Shown piece after piece: positions 62,425 to 64,000 of a stretch of DNA of 64,000 bases. The position numbers were made by a program, and so were the translations under genes. The DNA lies in NCBI RefSeq assembly GCF_026210795.1, contig NC_089436.1:806001-870000 (forward strand). The letters run 5' to 3'. The notes under the pieces are model-generated. The model was given only the letters and a program-made list of their open reading frames with translations. It was not told where the DNA came from and ran no database searches. The stretch comes from Rhizophagus irregularis (Eukaryota). Position 1 is the stretch's first letter. Each line of letters opens with the position of its first letter.

Positions 62425-64000
62425 TTTTTTCTAAGCTTTGATACGATTTAATGATTTTCTCTTAGAACAATTAGTTATTAATTAAGACAAAAAAAGTGTA
62501 TATACTAATGTGTGTATATATATATATATGTGAGTGTAATCATATTTTCGTAATTTCATTAACTTTTTGGTGGGTAATTTACCTTTTTTAATTAATGAAT
62601 TAAATGAATTAAATATATAATTTAATCGAAAAAAGTAAAAGGTGTTACAGCTTTGTTTCATAATTTTTATTACCAGATTTATTATATAATACTAATTACA
62701 GTACCTTCAATGAATTTAATATGATTTTTAAGGGGCAAACAAAAAAGTGTATATAAATTTTATGGTTAAAAAAGGTTTGAAACACTTTCTTTACCAAATA
62801 AAGTTCGATTTTTTTACCATATACTAAACTATACCTGGTTGGAGGAAATACACGATTAATCAGAACTTAAATATTCTGCGACACATTTTGTCACATCCTT
62901 TTTTTTCAATCTGCAATGATTCAAATTGGCATCATTTTTTTAATCTAAATATGTATCTAAGTTTGATCGACTTCAACCAACCAACGTATTAAAATTTACT
63001 TAATTTATTTGATCAAGATTTTCCACTTTATTTTTTCTTGTTTGCCCGGGGATATTAAATTTAGCCATAATAAGATCTCTTTTTAAATAAAAACTGTATC
63101 GGTATTACTACATATAATAGAAGATTTTCAACAGATATATTTATTAATAACCCGTTTTTATTTTATTTTTTTCTAATTTTAGAAATTTCCAAGTATACAA
63201 ATACCTAGTTTTATAAATATAATCTATTTTGAAACCAAAAAAACATTAAATATATTATAAAAAATAAATAAATTTATAAACTATAATTTATGCATATTTT
63301 AAATAAATAAATATTAAATATATTAAAAATATTATTTAATATTTATATTTTAATTATTAATGCATATTATTTAGTTTAATGAAAAAAATATCATTAAAGA
63401 AAGATTACATAATAATATTTAATTTATTATTATATATAAATATTAAAGTAATTGCCATTTTCAGAAATATCAGCAATCAGAAAATAATGATTATATAATG
63501 TGAATATATTTAAAATATCATTTTATTTCTACTTATATAAATTTATTCTTTAAAAGTATTACAGTAGGATTCTGAACAGTCATATATGAAGTTTACTTAT
63601 TGATCATATAAATTTCAAAAAATTGCTTATTTCAAAAGTTAAAATGCATAAAAATAATGGATCTTAAATCATAAGTGTACATTACTAATTCTACTTTATG
63701 TTCAAATGTTTTTCAAATTATCTAATATAATAAGTAAATAATTTATTGCTATATAATATTTGAAATATAAAAAAATCTATATATTGTATAATATTTATCA
63801 ATTATTTATTTTATTAATAACAGTTAATTAATTATAATTTATCAGTAAAATGTTTGTTTATATATAAATTTATATTAACAAAAGTCACATAATTTCTAAT
63901 AAAATTCTGTTTACTTATAATAAAAATTAAAATATAAGTAAAATTTATAAGTAAAAAATTCTAAAAATTCTATTATAAATAAGGATTTTATAATTATCAC

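Noticed and set aside
62900..64000. Very AT-rich tail of the window
   Set aside because: It is probably decayed repeat DNA, but no termini, ORF or periodicity can be supported.

Overview
This is AT-rich, intron-rich eukaryotic DNA with short GT-AG introns. The gene families (BTB-BACK-TLDc, F-box/LRR, crinkler-type PD-(D/E)xK nucleases) point to an arbuscular mycorrhizal fungus (Glomeromycotina, Rhizophagus-like); this taxon is inferred, not verified. The left gene block (1-19 kb) holds a leukotriene A4 hydrolase/M1 aminopeptidase followed by five 473-bp tandem copies of its own first exon and promoter, a GPCR-like membrane protein, TRAPPC11 and an F-box/LRR gene. The middle (19-41.5 kb) holds two convergent, damaged PD-(D/E)xK nuclease genes and then a nest of non-autonomous DNA transposons with readable TIRs and TSDs, internal minisatellites and CpG decay. 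The right block (41.6-62.4 kb) holds three TLDc genes, tricalbin, a GPI-anchored BBE/AA7-like FAD oxidase, an animal-type DNase I with no signal peptide, a Cys-rich-tail protein, tRNA-Cys(GCA) and MRPS16. The most unusual signals are (1) a fixed-geometry ~85-bp module built on a 13-7-13 palindrome, shared by three transposons with different termini and TSDs, (2) the intracellular DNase I, (3) the convergent nuclease pair, (4) a compact U3-like snoRNA candidate and (5) the tandem promoter/exon array.
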